A stretch of DNA of 45,020 nucleotides, counting the filler, from Catajapyx aquilonaris (lineage: Eukaryota), in assembly GCA_000934665.2 (NCBI GenBank). It is 2 parts of 2 records of this genome, joined end to end, with 100 filler letters (N's around TTAATTAATTAA, not from the genome) between each part and the next. Parts side by side here need not be neighbours in the genome. Positions count along the whole stretch, not along the records: positions 21,373 to 45,020 come from JYFJ02006091.1; 1 more part is not named here. One strand, 5' to 3'. Under the pieces are notes generated by a model. It ran no database searches. It had not been told where the DNA came from and saw only the letters and a list, made by a program, of their open reading frames with translations. Below are positions 36,333 to 44,507 of this stretch, piece by piece. The position numbers and the translations under genes were made by a program. How positions within the stretch are numbered: position 1 is the stretch's first letter; each line of letters opens with the position of its first letter.

Positions 36333-37001
36333 ATGGGGGAGGAATCGTACGAGTCTTCTTTCGTCTCCTTTCAACACCCGTTCACAGCCATTGTTTCAGA
36401 ACCAACAGGTTGTGGAAAATCCGTCTTTGTGGAGAACCTCATTCGCCAAGGGGACCTACTTTTCAGCTTAAAATTTGGACGCATAATATGGTGTTATGGT
36501 GAGTGGCAAAATCGCTATGCTGATATGCAAAGTCAACTAGGTGTTACGTTTCACGAGGGGGTTGTCGATATGAAGAGTTTTGACGGTTCAGAACCCGCAC
36601 TGATAATTTTAGATGACTTGATGCATGAAGCCGATTCATCGGTGGGCAAGCTTTTCACGAAAGGAAGTCACCATCGCAATCTGAGCGTCATTTTCATAAC
36701 TCAAAACATCTTTCACCAAGGTAGACATTTTCGCGACATGTCCCTCAACACTCACTATCTAATTTTGTTCAAAAATCCGCGTGATCAGTCTCAGATAGTG
36801 TACCTTGCGCGACAACTTTACCCTGAACACCCTCGTTTTTTCGTCGGTGCTTATGCAGATGCGACCAGTAGACCTCATGGCTACATAGTTGTAGATCTGA
36901 AGCAAAATACTCCCGATGTGTTGCGCGTGCGCACAAGCATTTTTACTCACGAGCAGGAAAATGGAGGCGTCATTGTTTACGCTCCCTCGAGGAGGGTTTA
37001 A
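36333..37001 (+). CDS. A32/FtsK-like DNA packaging ATPase (Walker A altered)
   Basis: HPFTAIVSEPTGCGKS, LIILDDLM (Walker B), FTKGSHHRNLSVIFITQN, LFKNPRD. Confidence 0.92.
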   Translation: MGEESYESSFVSFQHPFTAIVSEPTGCGKSVFVENLIRQGDLLFSLKFGRIIWCYGEWQNRYADMQSQLGVTFHEGVVDMKSFDGSEPALIILDDLMHEADSSVGKLFTKGSHHRNLSVIFITQNIFHQGRHFRDMSLNTHYLILFKNPRDQSQIVYLARQLYPEHPRFFVGAYADATSRPHGYIVVDLKQNTPDVLRVRTSIFTHEQENGGVIVYAPSRRV

Positions 37002-37018
37002 TACGGCAAGAAGGAAGG

Positions 37019-37077
37019 TATAAAAGCGAATATAAAAGCGAATATAAAAGACTGTAGGGCTGTTTCAAAAGTTAGTT
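37019..37077 (+). promoter_or_regulatory. Putative promoter of the structural/integrase cassette
   Basis: TATAAAAG x3 (37019, 37031, 37043); TTAGTT Inr-like at 37072, 29 bp after the last TATA. Confidence 0.6.
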
Positions 37078-37251
37078 GTCGGATAGTGATTGTGAAGGGC
37101 GCACCGTGGGTTTGCGTGGGTCTCTCTGTGCTCGCACCGTTCTCGCACCGTTCTCGCACCGTGCTCAAACAGTGCTCACACCGTGCTCAAACCGTGCTCA
37201 CACCGTGCTCAAACCGTTCAGACCCTTCAGATCATTCAGATCATTCAGACT

Positions 37252-37584
37252 ATGTCATCCTCCCTCCATCACCACAAGGACCTCCTCAAGATTATTTCCA
37301 AGGCGAACCCAAAGGTCAGGAAGGTCATATTTGAAAACGCCGACGGAAAATTGGTGAATTGTGTTTGCGAGATCGTTGCAAACGCGCTGCAGGGCACGGT
37401 ACCAATCTCTCATTCGCTTAAAAAGAAGCTCTCCCCGCACAAGAAGTCACTTCGCTTGCTGAGCAACAAGCGGATTGGTTGGAAAAAGCGGCGTCGCATT
37501 TTAACACAGAAAGGAGGATTATTTGCCGCAGCTGCTCCACTCATTGCAGCCGTATTGCACGCAATATTCGGAAAAATACTCTAA
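37252..37584 (+). CDS. Conserved small basic Polinton protein (110 aa) with C-terminal QKGG plus amphipathic tail
   Basis: CVCEIVANALQGTVPI...KKRRRILTQKGGLFAAAAPLIAAVL; first ATG after the promoter. Confidence 0.8.
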   Translation: MSSSLHHHKDLLKIISKANPKVRKVIFENADGKLVNCVCEIVANALQGTVPISHSLKKKLSPHKKSLRLLSNKRIGWKKRRRILTQKGGLFAAAAPLIAAVLHAIFGKIL

Positions 37585-37607
37585 CTGCTATAACTACTAC
37601 AACTACC

Positions 37608-38291
37608 ATGATTCGCGGAGTGAGAAAGATGGTTCTTGTCCCGATAGAAACGTTACAAAAGCTGCGTGAGTCATCTGTTCCGGTAAGCCTCTCCCTCCCC
37701 CCACCCATAGGACCAGAGCACCAGCTAACTTCCAATGTTGCCAGGCTAGAAAAAGACATGCAAAATGCTCTTGAGAGAAATGATTTGCATGATACCGATA
37801 GATGGCAGAAATACCTGCGAGCATTGCACAGTTATGCCGCTACGGCTCGTAGTGCATCAGCCGCATCGGCCCCCCGACATCCAAGCGGAGATCCCCCAAT
37901 GGCCGACGTGAGGCACCTGGCTATGCAGTCGGTGCCTCAGAATTTGCATAGCAAGGGAGAAAGGTTGTTAAAGTTTTTGGAATCGACAGGAAAAGTTCGT
38001 TGGAACGAAAGAGGCGAGGTAACTCTGGACGATGGTTTCATACCTGGAACCAACATTACCGACCTGATGTATGATGTATTAGTATCGAGAAAAAATTTTC
38101 AGCCCTCGGGATGGCAGGATTTTGCCGATTTTCTTGCAAAACACAATGTTTCCCATACATTCATCGCCAACTCGCAGCGACTCGATTACATTAAAAGCCG
38201 CCAAGGGGGGACTACTCCAGTCAGAACACCCAGAAAGCGAGGCAAGAAGCAGCATCAACAACAAGGTTCCGGCAAGTGGATAGAGTTCTAA
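37608..38291 (+). CDS. Conserved Polinton protein of unknown function (227 aa)
   Basis: KMVLVP...WNERGEV...GTNITDLM...PSGWQDF...QGSGKWIEF pattern typical of an ORF next to the integrase in Polintons; ACCATG start. Confidence 0.78.
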   Translation: MIRGVRKMVLVPIETLQKLRESSVPVSLSLPPPIGPEHQLTSNVARLEKDMQNALERNDLHDTDRWQKYLRALHSYAATARSASAASAPRHPSGDPPMADVRHLAMQSVPQNLHSKGERLLKFLESTGKVRWNERGEVTLDDGFIPGTNITDLMYDVLVSRKNFQPSGWQDFADFLAKHNVSHTFIANSQRLDYIKSRQGGTTPVRTPRKRGKKQHQQQGSGKWIEF

Positions 38292-38434
38292 CCACGTTTT
38301 AACCTAAGTTCTAGCTCTGTTCTAGCTCAGTACTTACCTTGTTCTAGCTCAGTTGAGTCAGTTCTAACCTTGTTCTAACCTTGTTCTAGCTCAGTCCTAA
38401 CCTGGTTCTAACCTGCTTCTAGCCTGCTTCTAGT

Positions 38435-39538
38435 ATGGCAGAGCTGTTATCGGGGGTGTACTATGACGTGACAAATCCTGCAGGACTAGCTAGCAAGAAG
38501 AAGTTATGGGAGGAGGTTAAGGACCGGGTCGGGAGAGAGGAATTCGAAGAGTGGCTCGAGGGTCAGCGCACCTACACTCTGCACAAACCGGCCAGGAAAA
38601 AGTTTAGGAGGAACAGGATTGTCGTTTACACGATCGATCAACAATGGCAGGCGGATTTGGTTGATTTAAGAAGCCTTAAAAGTCACAATGACGGGTACTC
38701 TTACATCCTGATGGTTGTTGACTGTTTCTCAAAATACGCGTTTGCAGTGCCGTTGAAAACAAAGACGGGACCAGAGATCACTAGAGCATTCGCCAAGATA
38801 TTCGCAGAGTCGGGTCGCAAACCGTACAAGTTAAATACAGACGCAGGAGGCGAATTTACCGGGAGGACGGTCCAGATCTTTCTTGGGGAAAATGGTATTA
38901 CTTTCTTTGTGGCCCGCAACGAGGCTGTGAAAGCGAGCATTGTCGAGAGGCTAAATCGCACTATAAAGACCCGCATGTGGAGGTACTTCACCTACAAAAA
39001 TACGCACCGGTACATTGATGTGTTGCCCGATCTGATTAATGCTTACAATAATTCATACCATTCTTCAATTAAAATGCGACCCGTGGACGTCACTCACGAT
39101 AATACGAAGGAGGTGTGGTATAACTTATACGGTGATTTAATTGGGAGGAGAGTAGGAGCAGTAGGAGCAGTAGGAGCAGTAGGAGCAGTAGGAGGGTATA
39201 AATACAGCATTGGGGATGCTGTGCGGATTAGTCGCAACAAAGCGACGTTTGAAAAAGGATTCGAGCAAAACTGGAGCGATGAAGTGTTTCACATTGTACG
39301 AATTGAGAGAAGAGATCCGCCAGTGTATTAGATCAGTGACCAGAACGGTGAAACTATTGTCGGCACTTTTTATGAAGCTGAACTGCAGAAGGTGCGGCCC
39401 GATTCAGTCTACCTCATCGAAAAGGTCCTCTCCTCCCGAAGAGACAAGTCAGGAGGGAAGGAATACCTGGTAAAGTGGAGAGGATATCCAAAGTCGTTCA
39501 ATAGCTGGGTGCCGGAGGCAGACATCGTGGAGCCATGA
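38435..39538 (+). CDS. int: Retroviral-like (DDE) integrase with C-terminal chromodomain, interrupted by in-frame TAG at 39329-39331
   Basis: WQADL, VDCFSK, TDAGGEF, VERLNRT. After the TAG the frame continues ISDQNGETIVGTFYEAEL...YLIEKVL...EYLVKWRGYPKSFNSWV to TGA 39536-39538. Confidence 0.93.
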
Positions 39539-40407
39539 ATCGGGACTTTTACATGACCTTGCCTTCAAACAGCTCAATGGGCTACTTTCCGGCCAATACT
39601 CTCACCCGGTTCATAACCAAGTTGCCACAGCAGATTTCACTATCGGGAGAATGGGAGGTCGGTTTGGTGGAAGTATCGTACCCCACCTCCATATACAATA
39701 TCACGCCCGAATTTAATAAGATATACTATAATTACGGAACAAAGAAAGGCGGAGGAAACGTTGCCACCATTCCTCCTGGGCGATACCAGCACGTTACGGA
39801 CCTTATTTCCGCCATTAATGAGGTGAATGGCCTGCCAGAGAAAGCCTACATAAACTTGCTGACGGACAAAGGTACCTCACGCGTCACGAGTGCCATTCCG
39901 CAGGATCACCACATGACATTTAGTCCTGAGCTACGTGAAATTCTAGGCTTCGACGAGGTGCCTCCCCCAAATAGCGTGACCCTAGTGAGTGAACCTCTGA
40001 CGCAGGTGCGAAAAATGTATACGTTTGACTTGTCCAAGGATGCTTCTACTGCTCCCAAAAAAACCATGACCCAAGTGACCGAACAGCGAGCTCTGAAGAA
40101 GGTACGAGGAAGGGACACGATTGTCTTGAACAAGCACATGCCCAGATCGCTCTTCATTTATTCCGACATTGTTGAACCACAGTTGGTGGGTGACACGTCA
40201 GCGCCTCTGTTGCGAATCGTTGGGGTAGACATAAAACCGCACAAGAACCAAGTCGTTGAAACGTTTTCGAGCCCCCATTACGTGAGGGTGCTGAAGAGGG
40301 ACTTTGACACGATCGAGATTGACATAAGGGGAGACACTGGCTCCCCAGTGCCATTTGGCGAGGGGAGGACGATAGTGAAGCTTCACTTCAAGAAAGCTCC
40401 GATTTGA
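39535..40407 (+). CDS. Minor capsid protein (penton-like)
   Basis: FYMTLPSNSS..FPANTLTRF..LSGEWEVGL at the N-terminus; FIYSDIVEPQLVGD..PLLR..IEIDIRGDTG..VKLHFK at the C-terminus. Confidence 0.88.
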   Translation: MNRDFYMTLPSNSSMGYFPANTLTRFITKLPQQISLSGEWEVGLVEVSYPTSIYNITPEFNKIYYNYGTKKGGGNVATIPPGRYQHVTDLISAINEVNGLPEKAYINLLTDKGTSRVTSAIPQDHHMTFSPELREILGFDEVPPPNSVTLVSEPLTQVRKMYTFDLSKDASTAPKKTMTQVTEQRALKKVRGRDTIVLNKHMPRSLFIYSDIVEPQLVGDTSAPLLRIVGVDIKPHKNQVVETFSSPHYVRVLKRDFDTIEIDIRGDTGSPVPFGEGRTIVKLHFKKAPI

Positions 40408-40538
40408 GCTCCGATTTGAGCTCCGATTTGAACTCCGATTTGAACTCCGATTTGAACTCCGACTTGAGCCCCGACTTGAACTCTGATTTGAGCCCCGATT
40501 TGAGCCCCGATTTGACCGATTTGAGCCCCGCAACAAGA

Positions 40539-41141
40539 ATGAACCCCGCTTCTGGACTTCAGGGAAGACTCCCGCTTACCTATGTGCAGGATTATTACTT
40601 AAAACAAGTGGGTGCCGGACCCGTCTTCATCGGATCTAGATACCAGAAGGGCCACGATCTCGGAAGCTTCTTTAGTGGGTTATTCAGAGCTGCGATGCCA
40701 ATTTTATCTAAGGGGTTTCGGGCCTTTGGGAATCAGGCGTTGACTAGTGGGGCGAGTCTTTTAGGTGACGTCATAACTGGCGTACCAGTGAAAGCGGCGG
40801 CTAATGCCAGATTCAGAGAGGCGGGCCAGGCATTGGGAACAAAACTGAAGCGAAAATTGGATGACATGCAAACAGGTTCGGGGAAAAAAAGGCGATATGT
40901 ACGGCTTGCAACCAAAAAACACCCTCATTCATTCCGTAGAGCTCGCGGTGCGAGGGTAGTCGGTAGAAAGCCTTCCGTAAAGCTGGGTCGAAAGCGTTCC
41001 GTAAAGCTCGGTCGAAAGCGTTCCGCAAAGCTCGGTCGAAAGCGTTCCGTAAAGCTCGGTCGAAAGCGTTCCGTAAAGCGTTCCGTAAAGAGTTCCGTAA
41101 AGCGTTCCGTAAATCGTAAGCACAACGATATTTTTGGCTGA
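40539..41141 (+). CDS. pX/pVI-like core/membrane-active precursor with basic repeat tail (200 aa)
   Basis: DYYLKQVGAG..YQKGHDLGSFFSGLFR amphipathic segment; QTGSG; KR-rich tail ending DIFG. Confidence 0.8.
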   Translation: MNPASGLQGRLPLTYVQDYYLKQVGAGPVFIGSRYQKGHDLGSFFSGLFRAAMPILSKGFRAFGNQALTSGASLLGDVITGVPVKAAANARFREAGQALGTKLKRKLDDMQTGSGKKRRYVRLATKKHPHSFRRARGARVVGRKPSVKLGRKRSVKLGRKRSAKLGRKRSVKLGRKRSVKRSVKSSVKRSVNRKHNDIFG

Positions 41142-41194
41142 AATCTTTGAGTAAGAGCCAAAGTAAGAGCTAAAGTAAGAGGCGAGTTCAGAGC

Positions 41195-42502
41195 ATGGCG
41201 TTCCTCCACAACGAGTCATTCGAAGCTACGAAAAGTGAGTTAGATCTGTTTGCCCTCCCTCCAACGCAAACAGCTATTGATCATGGAATGTGGGTTCAAT
41301 ATAAGCCAATTTCTTCCATATCAAACTCGGGACCAATCGAATTTGTAGTGTCGGGTTCTGGAGATTATTATCTCGACCTAGCGCACACACAATTGCACAT
41401 GCGGGTGCAGATTCGCAACAAGAACGGGACTAACCTGGTGGCGGATGCGAAGGTCGGTCCAGTGAACAACTGGATGCACAGTCTCATTAGCCAGATCGAG
41501 GTGTATCTCAACCAGAAACTGGTGACACCGGCTGCCAATACTTACCCTTATCGCGCCTATCTGCAAACTCTGCTATCCTACGACCAACAGGCAAAGAGTA
41601 GCCACCTGTCTTGTGCATTGTGGGACGCTGACACACCGGGAGAATGCGAATCCATTGACGCTGTAAACAAGGGTTTCACGGGACGGCAAAAGCACACCGC
41701 GACTTCCAAGCAAGTGGACTTGTACGGTCCTTTGTTTTGCGAGGTATTTAACATGGAGAGGCACATGCTTAACGAAGTTGAACTCAAGCTAAAGCTAATT
41801 AGGTCTAAAGACGTATTTTCCCTCATGGGGGACGCCGACACTTACGAGGTTCACGTAGTGGACGTCACGCTACATGTTAGAAAGGTGAAAATCTCCCCGA
41901 AAATCCTGCTGGCTCACAGCGCAGTGTTGGAGAGGGCGACCGCCAAATACCCTATGACCAGATGCGAAACGAAAGCCATAACCATTCCAGCCCATGTGAC
42001 CGGTAAGGTTTTAGATAACATTTTCTTGGGGCGAAACCCCAAACGGGTTGTAATCGGCTTGGTGGATAATACGGCTTTTAATGGAACCATTACTTCCAAC
42101 CCATTCGATTTCAAGCATTTCAAGCTCAACAGTCTTTCTCTCTACCTTAACGGCGAGTCCATCCCCTCGAAGCCGCTCCAACCTGACTTCGGATCGGGTC
42201 TGTACGTACAGTGCTATAACACACTGTTCTCGGGGACAGGAATTCATTACAACAACGAGGGCAATGGCATAACTAGGGACGATTACGCCAAGGGTTACAC
42301 TCTGTATGCTTTCGACATGACTCCCGACTTAACAGGCAGTAATGCGACACACTGGAATGCAATTAAGCAGGGTAGCCTTCGAGTGGAGCTGGGATTTGCA
42401 GAACCCCTGCCGAACGCGGTTAACTGCATCATTTACGCGGAATTTGACTCGCTGCTTCAAATAGATAAGGCTCGCAACGTTACTCTCGAGATGACAGCCT
42501 AA
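41195..42502 (+). CDS. Major capsid protein (double jelly-roll, hexon-like), 435 aa
   Basis: KSELDLFALPPTQT, PIEF, YLDLAHT, YPYRAY, NPFDFKHF, GYTLYAFD, IYAEFD; size and position fit. Confidence 0.93.
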   Translation: MAFLHNESFEATKSELDLFALPPTQTAIDHGMWVQYKPISSISNSGPIEFVVSGSGDYYLDLAHTQLHMRVQIRNKNGTNLVADAKVGPVNNWMHSLISQIEVYLNQKLVTPAANTYPYRAYLQTLLSYDQQAKSSHLSCALWDADTPGECESIDAVNKGFTGRQKHTATSKQVDLYGPLFCEVFNMERHMLNEVELKLKLIRSKDVFSLMGDADTYEVHVVDVTLHVRKVKISPKILLAHSAVLERATAKYPMTRCETKAITIPAHVTGKVLDNIFLGRNPKRVVIGLVDNTAFNGTITSNPFDFKHFKLNSLSLYLNGESIPSKPLQPDFGSGLYVQCYNTLFSGTGIHYNNEGNGITRDDYAKGYTLYAFDMTPDLTGSNATHWNAIKQGSLRVELGFAEPLPNAVNCIIYAEFDSLLQIDKARNVTLEMTA

Positions 42503-42509
42503 TGCCGCC

Positions 42510-43031
42510 ATGAACGGTTCACAAATTATCAGCCTTCTGAAACCGCCTCTCTCGCATATTTTTCGCGGGGTTTACTCTGCAGACACTCTCCCCCGTAATG
42601 TAAGTCTACCATGCGCCTTAATTGTTAACAGCGATAAAGCCTCGGAACCAGGCACCCATTGGCTGGCAATATATGTAGACGCAAGTGGTGATGGCGAATA
42701 TTTTGATAGCTATGGGCTTTTTCCGATCTCCATCGACTTTGTGCGATTTTTAAATGCAAACTGCAAAGTGTGGAGGTACAATTCGCAGTGTCTGCAAAAT
42801 TTAGACTCTAGCGTATGCGGCCATTACTGCATGATGTATTTGCACCACAGGGCGAAAGGTGATACCTCGGCGGAGTTTTTATCCCAGTTTTCACATCAGC
42901 TGCAGAAAAACGATTGCAAAATGCTACAAATGTTTGAAAAAGTTTTTGGATGCATGGGAAATGTATGCAAAGATATGACGGTAGAACCATGCCAGAGCTG
43001 CATACCCGGTCAAAGGTACAAGTGCAAGTAA
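42510..43031 (+). CDS. Adenain-like cysteine maturation protease
   Basis: PGTHW (His), YFDSYG (Asp), LQ..SSVCGHYC (Gln/Cys); GCCGCCATG Kozak; AATAAA at ~43042. Confidence 0.94.
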   Translation: MNGSQIISLLKPPLSHIFRGVYSADTLPRNVSLPCALIVNSDKASEPGTHWLAIYVDASGDGEYFDSYGLFPISIDFVRFLNANCKVWRYNSQCLQNLDSSVCGHYCMMYLHHRAKGDTSAEFLSQFSHQLQKNDCKMLQMFEKVFGCMGNVCKDMTVEPCQSCIPGQRYKCK

Positions 43032-43063
43032 AAACCCGCAAAATAAAAACCCGTAAAAACGGC

Positions 43064-43124
43064 ACTTCCTTGTGGGCGGGGCTTTCCGCTATATAAAGCC
43101 AGCGCTGGATGGGAGTCTCTCAGT
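43064..43124 (+). promoter_or_regulatory. Putative promoter of the AlkB-like gene
   Basis: ACTTCC, GGGCGGGG, GGGGCTTTCC (43078-43087), TATATAAAG 43090, TCAGT 43120. Confidence 0.6.
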
Positions 43125-43274
43125 AGTCAGTACTCTCACAACCTTCTCACAACCTTCTCACAACTCTCTGGACCGCTCTGGACCGCTCTGGACCGCTCTG
43201 AACCACTGGCGGAAAGTGGGCTCTCCCAGGGCTCTCCCAGGGCTCTCCCTCTCTCGCTCTCCCATTGTCTTGAA

Positions 43275-43306
<32 letters not shown>

Positions 43307-43413
43307 AACCTCTCTACATCTGGCCTATACATCTGTCTTACATCTGTCTTACATCTGTCTTACATCTGTCTTACGTCATCTGCTCCTCATCTTCTCCACA
43401 CCCACTCCCATCA

Positions 43414-44316
43414 ATGTATGGGCTCACAGCTTTAAATCCACATGACCGTAGAAATGGCCTTCCAAGGGACATTCCAAGGGACATTCCAAGGGACATTCCA
43501 AGGGACATTCCAAGAAACATTCCTAGGGACATGACTCACATGACGCACATGACTGAGATGAGTGAGATGAGTGAGATGAGTGAGATGAGTGACATGACTG
43601 ACATCCCTCCCTCCAAGAGGCGTTATTGCTCTACCACTGCGGAGGAGGAGGAGGACTGCGAGACGGAGGAAACGGATCAGGAGCTGGTGATGTTTGCAGA
43701 TGGGGTGCAAGCACGCAGCCCCCTGCATTGGCGCAAAATTCTGGATTTGGATTTGGACGTGTCAAGTTGCAGGCTTCTAACCAACGACTCGGCCACCGGG
43801 CTTTTCGAATTCTTAGAGAATAACGTGGAATACCTTTCCCCGGAAGACTCTATGGTGCAGATTCGAGGGGAGTGGCGCAAAATACCACGAGAAGTGACGG
43901 CATTTGGAGAATCCGACGATCTCTCCATCGCCTTCTCAGGTTCGATTTTATCTGCGCAAGAATGGCCACGAGTACTAGAACAGCTGAGTAACGTCTTGTG
44001 GGTGCAATCAACATATCGATTCAACTTTGTGACGGTGAATCGTCTCTCCACGGGAAAGTGCAGCATTGGACTACACAAAGAGGTTCAAGGGAGCCCGTCC
44101 GAGGCGTTTGCAGTTGTCACCTTGGGATCCCGACGCTCTGTCGTGCTGATGTCAGAAGATGGCAGAAAATTCCACCTGGACCCCTTGCGTATGAAATCAG
44201 GGGTAGGTCATTGTATCCTTGTGAAACCACCCACTGCAAGCAAATGGTTCATTGAGGTTCCAAAAGATAACTTTTCTCGTGGAGTTTCGCTTGTATTAAT
44301 TTTTCAGCGTGTGTAA
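43414..44316 (+). CDS. ALKBH2-like 2OG-Fe(II) dioxygenase homolog, catalytic ligands degenerate (~300 aa)
   Basis: LFEFLENNVEY..VQIRGEWRKIPR..FSG..W..VL..FNFVTVNR..IGLHKE..VTLGSRR..PPT..W parallels recalled ALKBH2. First ATG after Inr is 43414; AATAAA at ~44452 and ~44477. Confidence 0.85.
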   Translation: MYGLTALNPHDRRNGLPRDIPRDIPRDIPRDIPRNIPRDMTHMTHMTEMSEMSEMSEMSDMTDIPPSKRRYCSTTAEEEEDCETEETDQELVMFADGVQARSPLHWRKILDLDLDVSSCRLLTNDSATGLFEFLENNVEYLSPEDSMVQIRGEWRKIPREVTAFGESDDLSIAFSGSILSAQEWPRVLEQLSNVLWVQSTYRFNFVTVNRLSTGKCSIGLHKEVQGSPSEAFAVVTLGSRRSVVLMSEDGRKFHLDPLRMKSGVGHCILVKPPTASKWFIEVPKDNFSRGVSLVLIFQRV

Positions 44317-44338
44317 GTCTTAATATATACAGTACGTA

Positions 44339-44342
<4 letters not shown>

Positions 44343-44379
<37 letters not shown>
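44343..44379. repeat. (TA)n microsatellite
   Basis: About 18 TA units in the 3' UTR region of the AlkB-like gene. Confidence 0.95.
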
Positions 44380-44381
<2 letters not shown>

Positions 44382-44507
44382 GGCTTTGTGAAATTCGGTT
44401 TGTGTAAAAAACAAAAAATACTGTATGTTAAAATAATTATTATAATTATCCAATAAAATTCAATTTTTAAAAAAGCAATAAAAGTGTCTTTATTATTTTT
44501 ATTTTTA

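Noticed and set aside
40404..40538. SDLN/SPDL repeat as N-terminus of the pX-like protein
   Set aside because: TTG start; an intergenic 12-bp array that keeps frame trivially. ATG 40539 preferred.
43072..43413. N-terminal 114 codons of the 414-aa ORF
   Set aside because: Non-ATG start upstream of the TATA/Inr; contains 10/11-bp arrays typical of non-coding parts. ATG 43414 preferred.
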